DNA from: Myxococcota bacterium
Lineage (GTDB): Bacteria > Myxococcota_A > Polyangia > HGW-17
Direction of reading: 5' to 3'
DNA: 32,441 nucleotides
Assembly (NCBI GenBank): GCA_018821745.1
Contig: JAHJLU010000476.1
Span: 1 to 32,441, forward strand
Of the stretch, positions 8,591-16,900 are shown piece after piece. Numbering within the stretch: the stretch's first letter is position 1; each line of letters starts with the position of its first letter. The notes beneath the pieces were generated by a model. The model was not told the DNA's origin. It worked only from the letters and a program-made list of their open reading frames with translations, and did not search any database. The position numbers and the translations under genes were made by a program.

Positions 8591-9205
8591 TTACATACGT
8601 TTGGAGTAGTATTCGACGACCTGCTGGAGGTCAAGTTCGAAGGGGATGGAGCTGTTGCTCGGCAGGGAAGTCACCTTGGCGACTTTTTTGCCGGAGTCCA
8701 TGTCGATCCAGTCTGGACAGGAGATGGTGGGAGCACCAACAGACTCAATGACCACACCCAGCTCGGCGCTCTTCTGGCGGAGAGTGATGACGTCGCCTTC
8801 TTTCACGCGGAAAGAGGGGATGTTCACTTTGTGACCGTTGACGGTGAAGTGCGCGTGGTTGACCAGCTGCCGGGCTGCGGGGATGGTTCTTGCGAATCCG
8901 GCTCTGAATACCACGTTGTCAAGACGCCTCTCAAGGAGTTCAGCCAGTTTGTCACCGGTTGCCTGCTTGCTTCTGCGGGCTTCTTTCATGAGGCGCCGAA
9001 GCTGCCGCTCACCCACACCGTAGTTGTATCTGATCTTCTGTTTTTCGAGCAACTGGTTGCCGTAATCAGAACGTCTTCCACGTCTTCTCTGACCGTGCTG
9101 ACCGGGCTTGAAGGGTCTGCGCTGCATTGATTTTGCGGAGAGTCCGGGGAGATCGAGTCCGAGGGTTCGTAATTTTTTAACTCTTGGTCCTAAATATCTT
9201 GCCAT
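8591..9205 (-). CDS. rpsD: 30S ribosomal protein S4 (stand-alone form lacking the Zn-binding cysteines)
   Basis: MARYLGPRVK...PGQHGQ...SDYGNQLLEKQK.R..YG..ERQ...LLERRLDNVVFRAGFA.T...ARQLVNH.H..VNG.KVNIPSF...VVEYYSK. Confidence 0.98.
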   Translation of the reverse strand: MARYLGPRVKKLRTLGLDLPGLSAKSMQRRPFKPGQHGQRRRGRRSDYGNQLLEKQKIRYNYGVGERQLRRLMKEARRSKQATGDKLAELLERRLDNVVFRAGFARTIPAARQLVNHAHFTVNGHKVNIPSFRVKEGDVITLRQKSAELGVVIESVGAPTISCPDWIDMDSGKKVAKVTSLPSNSSIPFELDLQQVVEYYSKRM

Positions 9206-9282
9206 GGTTATACCTTACTGTCGTTTTCCCGCTCGGGAACACCTTTTGGGGCGCAAAACAGGCGCCACCTCACAATTAAGAC

Positions 9283-9316
9283 ATGGTATTGATATTGATT
9301 TTTACCATTCTGTCAA
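9283..9316 (-). promoter_or_regulatory. rpsD promoter (-35 TTGACA) overlapped by an inverted repeat resembling a Fur-family (Fur/Zur) box
   Basis: TTGACA at 9316-9311 (minus strand). Inverted repeat ATGGTA-N14-TACCAT at 9283-9308 encloses TGATATTGATTTTTA, 11/14 matches to the 7-1-7 TGATAAT-N-ATTATCA Fur-family consensus. Confidence 0.55.
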
Positions 9317-9397
9317 GGTGCAAATGTGAGGTGAGCGCGAGATAATGAAAAAAATATGTAATCCAAAGGAGTAATGCGCATCGGAAGGTGCACATCT

Positions 9398-11053
9398 TTA
9401 GAGATTCCCTCCCGGATCAACGGTGATCGTGATGGTGGGAACCACATTATCGATGATTCCGTCCCTGTTTTCGTCGGAAAACAGGAGAGATCCTCCCATG
9501 AGGAGATCATCATGGGTGGTTGCCGGGAGGGTGAAGAGGAGGAGGTTACCAAAAAGAGTGAATGCCCGTTCCACATCCAGGGGATTAAGGCCTGAATTGA
9601 AAAGGGAAATCAACTCCTCCTGCCAGGTCGTGGTGCTGCCCTCCTGGATATAGCCTTTCATGCTCTCCATGATCTGTGGACCATCGAGGGGGAGAGAATA
9701 GGGGGCCAGAAATCGCGCCCACAGAATGTTGAGCGCGATGCGGCCAACCCCGGTTCTGTAAAAGGAATCAGGAATTATCAGGTTTTCGAGGATTCCATCG
9801 AAGCCTGTGACCGAGAAGGCGTCTGGGGCGAGATCTTCTGCGAGTGCGTGGGGTTCACTCCCCGCCACCGGGAAGGTGATGCTGCTGATGCTGATGGTCA
9901 TTTCGCCGGGGAGACTGGAGATCAGCGTGTCCACAGTGATCTGCTCAAAGGGGGCAAGCTCAAGGAATTGCCTCATGTTGGTCAGGGTGTGCTGCAGGGC
10001 CTGTATATCCGGGGAGAGGTTATGGAAGGCAGCCTCGAGGGAGGTGCCGCCATGGCTGTTGAGGGAACCCCTGCAGGAGCTGCCGTCAATGATGCCCCGC
10101 AGATCGATGATCTCTTCGGAGACGAGGGTCGGGGTTCCCCGCTGGCAGGCGGCGGCGTCGCCCCCCTCAAGCCACGACACCAGGCAGTCAAGGAGTTTTG
10201 TGCCGACGCCATAGGTGCAGCGGCCCAGATTGTGCCAGTCGGGGAGGGTGTTGGTGAGCCAGTCAGATACTCCCGACTCGGCCCCCGGGAGCGACATGGT
10301 CTGTGTCCCGTCCAGGGTGAGCAGGTAATCGGAGAGTGACAGGGTGAGGCTTGCGTTTCCTCCGGGGACCAGGGACTCGGGTGGCGGTGCCATGCAGCCG
10401 TATCCGACGGGATCCCCCGTCTCACCGAGAATTTTGGCGCCGAACACAAAGGGAATATCCACGGGAAGGTCTGCGTATTGGACCAGCTCATTGACGGAGG
10501 TCAGCGTGCGCCTGCGGGAGAAGGAGGCGAGGAACATGCTGGTGGCATCACAGGTAGTCTCGAAGAGGATGCCGACCTCCATGGAGTGGAGCTCTCCGAG
10601 GCGGGATCCGGTGTAGGAAAAGTCCAGGCTGAAATCGGCCATCCCCGACTCGGTGACGGTCACATCAAGAGAGAGGGGGGCTGCCCGTGATTGCGTGACG
10701 GCAATGGAGAAATGGGACGCAGAGGTGCCACTGTGGACGTCGATGCCAGCCAGCCCGTTCTCGTCTGTCAGAGCAAAGGAGGAGGAGAGGGAGGACCCCC
10801 CTGCCTGCCCGACGATGAGAAAATCGACCTGTGCGCCGGGGACAGGGGAACCGTCTGCGTCGGATACCAATATCCACAGTGGCTCGTCGGAGGCCGACAG
10901 CAGGTTGAGTTCGCCACTGAGGGGTTCGAAAAAGGAGAGCACATAGTTGCCCGTGTTGTTGGTGTTGTTGGTGTTGTTCTGTGAGACATAGCCCTCGTTT
11001 TTGCATCCGAGGAGAAGCAAAAGCAAAAATACACGGGTGAGAAGGCGGTGCAT
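9398..11053 (-). CDS. Putative lipoprotein with N-terminal bacterial Ig-like domain
   Basis: Lipobox LLLGC, NNTNNTNNT linker, and an Ig-like motif VSDADGSPVPGAQVDF...ALTDENGLA. Confidence 0.8.
   Translation of the reverse strand: MHRLLTRVFLLLLLLGCKNEGYVSQNNTNNTNNTGNYVLSFFEPLSGELNLLSASDEPLWILVSDADGSPVPGAQVDFLIVGQAGGSSLSSSFALTDENGLAGIDVHSGTSASHFSIAVTQSRAAPLSLDVTVTESGMADFSLDFSYTGSRLGELHSMEVGILFETTCDATSMFLASFSRRRTLTSVNELVQYADLPVDIPFVFGAKILGETGDPVGYGCMAPPPESLVPGGNASLTLSLSDYLLTLDGTQTMSLPGAESGVSDWLTNTLPDWHNLGRCTYGVGTKLLDCLVSWLEGGDAAACQRGTPTLVSEEIIDLRGIIDGSSCRGSLNSHGGTSLEAAFHNLSPDIQALQHTLTNMRQFLELAPFEQITVDTLISSLPGEMTISISSITFPVAGSEPHALAEDLAPDAFSVTGFDGILENLIIPDSFYRTGVGRIALNILWARFLAPYSLPLDGPQIMESMKGYIQEGSTTTWQEELISLFNSGLNPLDVERAFTLFGNLLLFTLPATTHDDLLMGGSLLFSDENRDGIIDNVVPTITITVDPGGNL
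10952..10979 (-). repeat. ~3 x 9-bp repeat encoding NNT-NNT-NNT
   Basis: + strand GTGTTGTTG GTGTTGTTG GTGTTGTT. Confidence 0.85.
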
Positions 11054-11160
11054 GGAGAGACTCCTGTAACCCCGTTCATGCCGGAAAAATGGACACTTCA
11101 GGGTATTGGCTCTATCACCCTATCACTATTTCAGTTGTTTTCAAGATCGCCGGGCGAGAA

Positions 11161-13035
11161 CTACTCGAAGGAGTATCCCATCTCTTCGGCTGAGGGGAGA
11201 TCGTAGAGTACGTCGTCCATGGGGTGGCGGTAGAGGGCTGACCTGAGGCGTTTCTGGTCGAAGTAGTGTCCCACCATTCCGATGGTCCGTCCGAGCATGA
11301 AGAGGCCGTTCAGGATGCCGAATTCGATGATTTCAGCTTTCTCTTCAGCACTGAAGAGATCTCCGCAAGCCGCCATAAGGTCGAGGAAGAGAATGCCGAT
11401 GGCTCCGTCCACGTTGAGGATCAGGTTGTTGCGCTTGGTGAGGGTGATTTTTTCCACTTCCAGCGCATAGTCCAGGTGAGGAGTCACGGGGAAATTCTCA
11501 CGGGCGAATTTTTTCAGCAGGGTCACCCTCACGTCGGGATTGGTCGCGCTCTTGATCTTGTGACCGATACCCTGGATGTTGATGCCCTTTGCCTTCATCT
11601 GCTGAATGAACTGCAGGGGAGTGATGTTTGCGGCCATGGCCTCGGAGAACATCTGGGCCGCACCGGAGACGGCACCGCCGAAGCGGGGGCCGATGGTGAG
11701 GATACCGGAAGCGACGGCGCTCATGAGGTCTCTGCCGGCTCTGGCGGTGATAATGGTGTTGTGGGCACCGGAGACACAGGGACCGTGGTCCGCGGTGAGC
11801 CGCAGCACGATCTCGATGAACTCGGAGGCGAAGGCCGGGAGTTTTTTCTTGAACCAGAGGAGCCCGATCATCTCGCCGAGGGGCATATTGGACTCAATGA
11901 CCTTGCTCATGGGGATGCCGCAGTAGAGGGGCTCATCGCCGCGGTCGTCGGTGATGGTGCAGATGATGCCCGTGGGTTTGCGCACGGCACCGGTCTTCTC
12001 GATGGTCTTGAGATCCTGGGGGATGGGGGGAATTTCCGGATCGGGGACCACCACGATGCTGCCGTTTGCGACGAGCTTCTCGTAGGTCTCGCGGATTTTG
12101 TCGCCGTAATCGTCGAAGGAGTTGGGGACGATGACGCCGGCTTCACGGAGCGCCGCATTTTTTGCCTCTGCGGTCTCGGCGCTGGAGCCTGCCTTGGCGC
12201 CCGCGTGGCCGAACTGAACCTCACCGGTCATTTTGGTGGCGATGGTTCCGGTTACCCAGCAGACCATGGGCTTCTTGATCCGGCCTTCCTTGACCGCTTC
12301 GACGATCTTGTACTCTTCGGTGCCGCCCACTTCGCCCAGACAGACCAGCATGGCGATGTCGGGGTTGGCCTCGTAGCGGAGGAGGTGATCGAGGAGCGTG
12401 GAGCCCGGATAAGAGTCACCGCCGATGGCGATGCCTTCGTAGAGGCCGTTGGAGTTCTGGGAGATGATATTGTAAGCCTCGTTGGACATGCCGCCGGACT
12501 TGGAGACGAACCCGACGCTCCCCTGTCTCTGGAGTTTGGATTCGATAATGGCGTCGATGGTGCCGCCGGTGTTGCCGATCTTGAATCCACCGGCCAGGAT
12601 GCCGCCGACGGTCGCGGGACCGATAACGGTCTTGCCCTTGGCAGTCGCCAGCGCGGCCAGCTCACGGGCGCGGCGCTCGGGGACACCCTCGGCGATGATG
12701 ACCACCGTGTTGATGGTGGGAACATCCATGGACTCGATGGAGGTGCCGTAGGCGCTGCGGAAGGAGGAGAAGTTGATCACCACGTCGGCTTTGGGGTGTC
12801 TCGCGGCAGCGGCGGCGATGTTCTGGTAGATGGGGATGAGGATCTCCCGGGTGCCCCAGAAGGTCTTGTGGTATCCACCGTTTTTCGCGCTGGGGTTAAT
12901 AATGGCGGCCACCGAGGGGGTCTCTCTTTTGCATACATAGTCAAAATCGAGCATGCGCTGGATGGCGTTGGGCTGCAGGTTGAAAATAATTGCCTGAGTT
13001 TGTTTGGAAAACAATTGATATGCAGGTTTAGACAT
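11161..13035 (-). CDS. aclA: ATP-citrate lyase alpha subunit (succinyl-CoA synthetase alpha-like domains plus citryl-CoA lyase domain)
   Basis: QRMLDFDYVC.R.TPSVAAI, IAEGVPER, IGPATVGG, phospho-His motif QFGHAGA, ADHGPCVSGAHN, IGPRFGGA, GIGHKIKS, LILNVDG. AAGGAG RBS. Confidence 0.96.
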   Translation of the reverse strand: MSKPAYQLFSKQTQAIIFNLQPNAIQRMLDFDYVCKRETPSVAAIINPSAKNGGYHKTFWGTREILIPIYQNIAAAAARHPKADVVINFSSFRSAYGTSIESMDVPTINTVVIIAEGVPERRARELAALATAKGKTVIGPATVGGILAGGFKIGNTGGTIDAIIESKLQRQGSVGFVSKSGGMSNEAYNIISQNSNGLYEGIAIGGDSYPGSTLLDHLLRYEANPDIAMLVCLGEVGGTEEYKIVEAVKEGRIKKPMVCWVTGTIATKMTGEVQFGHAGAKAGSSAETAEAKNAALREAGVIVPNSFDDYGDKIRETYEKLVANGSIVVVPDPEIPPIPQDLKTIEKTGAVRKPTGIICTITDDRGDEPLYCGIPMSKVIESNMPLGEMIGLLWFKKKLPAFASEFIEIVLRLTADHGPCVSGAHNTIITARAGRDLMSAVASGILTIGPRFGGAVSGAAQMFSEAMAANITPLQFIQQMKAKGINIQGIGHKIKSATNPDVRVTLLKKFARENFPVTPHLDYALEVEKITLTKRNNLILNVDGAIGILFLDLMAACGDLFSAEEKAEIIEFGILNGLFMLGRTIGMVGHYFDQKRLRSALYRHPMDDVLYDLPSAEEMGYSFE

Positions 13036-13058
13036 GTCGCACTCCTTTGCCTTGGCGG

Positions 13059-14339
13059 CTATCCGTTGATGTACTCGATACCCATGGGAACGATTTTTGT
13101 CATGTGGGTCTCGGGACCATACACGGTCACGGGGATACCCACCCGTTCACCCAGCTCTTTCATCCACACGAGACCCTGCTGGTAGTTGGGGCCACCGCGG
13201 CGGACAAAGATCTGAACCTTGGCTTTTTTGAGTCTGTCGGCATATTCTTCCACAGCTTTGATGATGCCCTTGAAGGTGAGGGCGACGTCGGTAAAGTTGG
13301 CGATGCCCCCTCCAATAAGGAGTGCTTTTTTCTCTCCGCTTCTGGTCATGAGATCCATGACGGTGGCGGCGTACTGGTAGGTGAGCTCTTCATTGGGGTT
13401 GCCGGAGTATTCTCCGTACATTCCAAGTTCGTTGATATACCCCATGTCGGAGACGGTGTCGGCGTAAATGACCGAGGCGCCGCCGCCGGCCACCATGGGC
13501 CAGATTTTTCCATCGGGGTTTAATATGGTGAGCTTGAGGGAGGCGCCGGTCTTGGCGTCCAGGTCCTTGATTCTGGCTTCCTCGGGGGAGAGTTTCTTCC
13601 CGAAGGCCATGGGGAACTCGTAATCGCGGCCCCAGGTGTCGAGATTTTCAAAGGCGGCGGTGTCGTCGAGTTTGGCCACCAGGTCAAGGGGGATAACCTT
13701 GCCGTCCACGAAGGCGAAGGGGTTGATCTCCAGGTAATCAAAACCCTGGTCCACAAAGAAGCGATAGAGGGCGTTGATAAAATTACCCACTTTTTCGAGT
13801 TCTTCACCCTGCAGGGGGAGCGAGGATTTCACGCAGACATCTTTTGCGCTGGTAATGACGCCGTCTTTCATAACCGGGATCTTGATCTCTTTGACCTTGT
13901 CCCAGTTCTCCTCCACGTTGATGCCACCGGCCAGGGAGAAATAGAGAACGTCTTCGTCCCGAAAGGAGCGGATGGCGATGTAGTATTCCTCTTTGTGGGG
14001 AATGAAGGGCTCAACCAGGAAGTGAGTGAGTTTGCCGCTGATGCTGCCGATGGTGGTCTCGCCAGCCATTTTCTCTTTTATCCATGCCTTGGCTTCTTCC
14101 CAGGTGGCGTCCAGTTTCAGCAGATTGTTCTTGCCTCTTTTGCCAAAAAGCATATCGGGCTTTGCCACGAGTTTTGTGGTCTTGAGCCAGGGCTCACTGG
14201 CCACGAGGGTGTCCATCTCCGTGTCGGGACCGATGAGCACGTAGTTGCTGTGCACATTAACGCCATCGATGGAATAACGGTTGATTGTTGAGGCCATGAG
14301 CTTCTTGCCGTCGTATTCGCGAATGCCTCTGATAGCCAT
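13059..14339 (-). CDS. aclB: ATP-citrate lyase beta subunit (ATP-grasp plus citrate-binding domain)
   Basis: IREYDGK, VAKPDMLFGKRGK, LEINPF, SLKLTILNP.G.IW.MVAGGGASVIYADT, YGEYSGNP, IGGGIANFTDVA.TF.G, RRGGPNYQQGL. AAGGAG RBS before the ATG at 14339. Confidence 0.96.
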   Translation of the reverse strand: MAIRGIREYDGKKLMASTINRYSIDGVNVHSNYVLIGPDTEMDTLVASEPWLKTTKLVAKPDMLFGKRGKNNLLKLDATWEEAKAWIKEKMAGETTIGSISGKLTHFLVEPFIPHKEEYYIAIRSFRDEDVLYFSLAGGINVEENWDKVKEIKIPVMKDGVITSAKDVCVKSSLPLQGEELEKVGNFINALYRFFVDQGFDYLEINPFAFVDGKVIPLDLVAKLDDTAAFENLDTWGRDYEFPMAFGKKLSPEEARIKDLDAKTGASLKLTILNPDGKIWPMVAGGGASVIYADTVSDMGYINELGMYGEYSGNPNEELTYQYAATVMDLMTRSGEKKALLIGGGIANFTDVALTFKGIIKAVEEYADRLKKAKVQIFVRRGGPNYQQGLVWMKELGERVGIPVTVYGPETHMTKIVPMGIEYING

Positions 14340-14394
14340 TGTCAACTCTCCTTCACACGTGAAACTGTCACGTCGTGTTCTGCCCTGTGAGGGG

Positions 14395-14434
14395 AAAAAG
14401 TGGTCGACGGACCATCATCGGTCCGTCGACCACT
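14395..14434 (-). terminator. Rho-independent terminator between aconitase and aclB
   Basis: 15-bp perfect stem AGTGGTCGACGGACC / GGTCCGTCGACCACT with a 6-nt loop, followed by a T run on the minus strand. Confidence 0.8.
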
Positions 14435-14455
14435 GTGGGTTACAAGTTTACTCAA

Positions 14456-16372
14456 TCAGCTGGCTTTTGCCCTGGTGTAGGCAAGGATGCCGCCGCACAT
14501 GAGGATGTCAAGGTCACGCTGTCCCAGCTCGATTGTAACAGGAATGTCGGTGCCCTTGGTGAGGTTTTTGCCCACCAGTTTGCCCGTGGGGAGGCCGGCG
14601 AGATCGATGTGGATCTTGTCGCCCATGTCAATGGCGTCTGTGTCGGTCTCGAAGGGGAAGATTCCCGCGTTGATGAGGTTTGCCTTGTGAATACGGGCGT
14701 AACTCTTGGCGAAGACCGCCTTGATGTTGAGCTGCCAGGGGGCCAGTGCCGCGTGCTCGCGGGATGAACCCTGTCCGTAGTTGTCACCGCCGATGATGAA
14801 TCCGCTGCTGGCCGCTTCAGCGCGCTTGGCAAACTCGCGATCAATATAATAATAGGTGTATTTTGCGATCTCCGGGAGGTTTGAGCGCAGGTGCTGGGTC
14901 AAAGAGCCCGCGGGGAGGATGTCGTCGGTGGAGATGCCGTCGCCGACCTTGAGGAGGACTTCAGCTTCGAAGCTCGCCGGAGGAGGAGTCTGGGGCCTGA
15001 TGGCCTTGATGTTGGGTGCCCGTTTTACTTCGACCTTGGAGGCATCGGCCTCGGCCACGGGGGGGAGGATCATGGAGTCATCGATATCGAAGCCTTCCTC
15101 GAAGACATCTTGAAACTCCGGGTATTCCAATTTTCTGGGGTCGGCCAGTTTGCCCGCGATGGCAGAGGCGACGGCCACTTCCACGGAGGCGAGGATGAGC
15201 TTGCCGTCTTTGGAGCCGCCGCGTCCCAGCCAGTTGCGGTTGACGGTCCGTACAGAGTAATGCTGGTATCCGGGGACGAAGCCCATGCCGATGCAGGCAT
15301 GGCATCCGGGTTCCAGCATCCGGACGCCGGAGCGGACCATGGTCTCGAAGGTGCCATCTTCCAGGAGCTGCTGCTCCACCTGCCGTGAGCCCGGGGAGCA
15401 GGCGACCTCGATCTCCTTGTTGACTCTGCGGCCTTCGAGCATGAGTCCCGCGATGGCCATGTCGCGGTAGGAGCCGTTGGTGCAGGAACCCAGGTAGACC
15501 TGGTGGATCGGTGTGCCCTCGACTTCGCTGATGGGCTTGATGTTGTCGGGGGAGCCCGGCATGGCGACCAGTGGCTCAAGGTTGTCCATGTCTACGGTAA
15601 TCTCTTTATCATAGACGGCGTCTGCATCGGCCTCAAGGCTGATCCAGTCTCGCTCGCGGGACTGCTGCCTGAGGAATTCAAGGGTGACGTGATCCGAGGG
15701 GAACACGGAGGTGGTGGCGCCGGTCTCTGCGCCCATGTTGGTGATGGTGGCGCGCTCGGGGATAGAGAGGGTGTCAACGCCGGGACCGGTGTATTCAATG
15801 ATATAACCGACTCCACCCTTGACCGTGAGCTGGCGGAGAACCTCGAGGACCACATCTTTGGCGGCGACGCCGTGCTGGAGTTTGCCGAGGAGGTTGACTT
15901 TCATGACCTTGGGGACGCGAGTGTAGAAATACCCGCCGCCCATGGAGACGGCCACGTCTGCGCCGCCGGCGCCGATGGCAATCATACCCAGGGCCGAGGA
16001 GGTGGGAGTATGGGAGTCACTGCCCAGGAGGGTTTTTCCGGGAGCGGCGAAGCGTTCGTAATGAACCTGATGGCAGACGCCGTTTCCGGCTTTGGAATAG
16101 AAGGCGCCGAATTTCTGGGCGACCGTTCTGAGGAACAGGTGGTCGTCCGAGGATTCCCCCTTGAAACTCAGAGAGGTATGATCAACGTAGGACACTGCTA
16201 CTTCGCACTTTACCTTGGGGAGTCCCAGGGACTCGAACTGGAGCCACGCCATGGTGCCCGTGGAGTCCTGGGTGAGGCACTGGTCGATTTTGAGCCCTAT
16301 GACGGAGCCCTTTTCAAGTTTGCCTTCGCCAATGTGAGTGGAAAGGATCTTCTCGGTTACTGTTAAACCCAT
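14456..16372 (-). CDS. acn: Aconitate hydratase (compact ~640-aa single-chain type)
   Basis: TQDSTGTMA, YVDH, GNGVCHQ, GSDSHTPT, N.GAETGAT, Fe-S ligands GSCTN and C..CIGMG, NRNW.GR, swivel domain ISTDDILPAG and NYGQGSSREHAALAP. AGGAGG RBS. Confidence 0.92.
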   Translation of the reverse strand: MGLTVTEKILSTHIGEGKLEKGSVIGLKIDQCLTQDSTGTMAWLQFESLGLPKVKCEVAVSYVDHTSLSFKGESSDDHLFLRTVAQKFGAFYSKAGNGVCHQVHYERFAAPGKTLLGSDSHTPTSSALGMIAIGAGGADVAVSMGGGYFYTRVPKVMKVNLLGKLQHGVAAKDVVLEVLRQLTVKGGVGYIIEYTGPGVDTLSIPERATITNMGAETGATTSVFPSDHVTLEFLRQQSRERDWISLEADADAVYDKEITVDMDNLEPLVAMPGSPDNIKPISEVEGTPIHQVYLGSCTNGSYRDMAIAGLMLEGRRVNKEIEVACSPGSRQVEQQLLEDGTFETMVRSGVRMLEPGCHACIGMGFVPGYQHYSVRTVNRNWLGRGGSKDGKLILASVEVAVASAIAGKLADPRKLEYPEFQDVFEEGFDIDDSMILPPVAEADASKVEVKRAPNIKAIRPQTPPPASFEAEVLLKVGDGISTDDILPAGSLTQHLRSNLPEIAKYTYYYIDREFAKRAEAASSGFIIGGDNYGQGSSREHAALAPWQLNIKAVFAKSYARIHKANLINAGIFPFETDTDAIDMGDKIHIDLAGLPTGKLVGKNLTKGTDIPVTIELGQRDLDILMCGGILAYTRAKAS

Positions 16373-16556
16373 GTTATTCCTCCTGAAAAAGTATATGTTC
16401 TAAACAAAGACTGATGAATCACCAAATTTATTTGATTGGAACTGATTGTGTGCGGTTGACGGTCCGGATAGCGTAAAATTTCTACCATGGGCTGTCCCTG
16501 AACAGTTGCCCGTTCAGAGAATATTACCTGAATGGGTGTCTGTGGAGGTAACTACG

Positions 16557-16584
16557 TTTATAACCAATAGAGTTTGAATGACAA
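16557..16584 (-). promoter_or_regulatory. Candidate sigma70 promoter for aconitase (TTGTCA-N16-TATAAA)
   Basis: Consensus-like hexamers in AT-rich intergenic DNA ~185 nt upstream of the start codon. Confidence 0.45.
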
Positions 16585-16900
16585 CAGGACAAAGGCGTTT
16601 TTTTCACTTTTTTCACGATTTGGTATGTGGGGCTGTGAACCTTGCTGCAGGATAAATGAAGAGAGCTGGTATGGCAGAAATCCGCAATAGAAAAGAATGC
16701 TATAAGAAACTCTCCTTCGAAAGCTTATCAATAAAAGATTTAGATGATTCAGAATAAAATTGGATTATACCAGATTGACTGGAATATTACAATATTAACG
16801 GATAATCAAGGAGATCTGTCAGATGCGTGGAGACAGGATTCCCTTGCCTGGAACTCCCTCGCCTACTATAATTCCTGCACACCATTATTTGGAGGGCGCC

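Noticed and set aside
11266-13185. 639-aa ORF antisense to aclA
   Set aside because: Shadow frame caused by the strong GC3 bias of a conserved gene. It has no motifs and no RBS. The same applies to the antisense ORFs over acn, recG, the kinases and rpsD.
16495-16520. Hairpin in the aconitase leader as a riboswitch or iron-responsive element
   Set aside because: A stem exists (TCTCTGAAC/GTTCAGGGA on the minus strand), but the loop lacks CAGUG and I recognise no riboswitch consensus.
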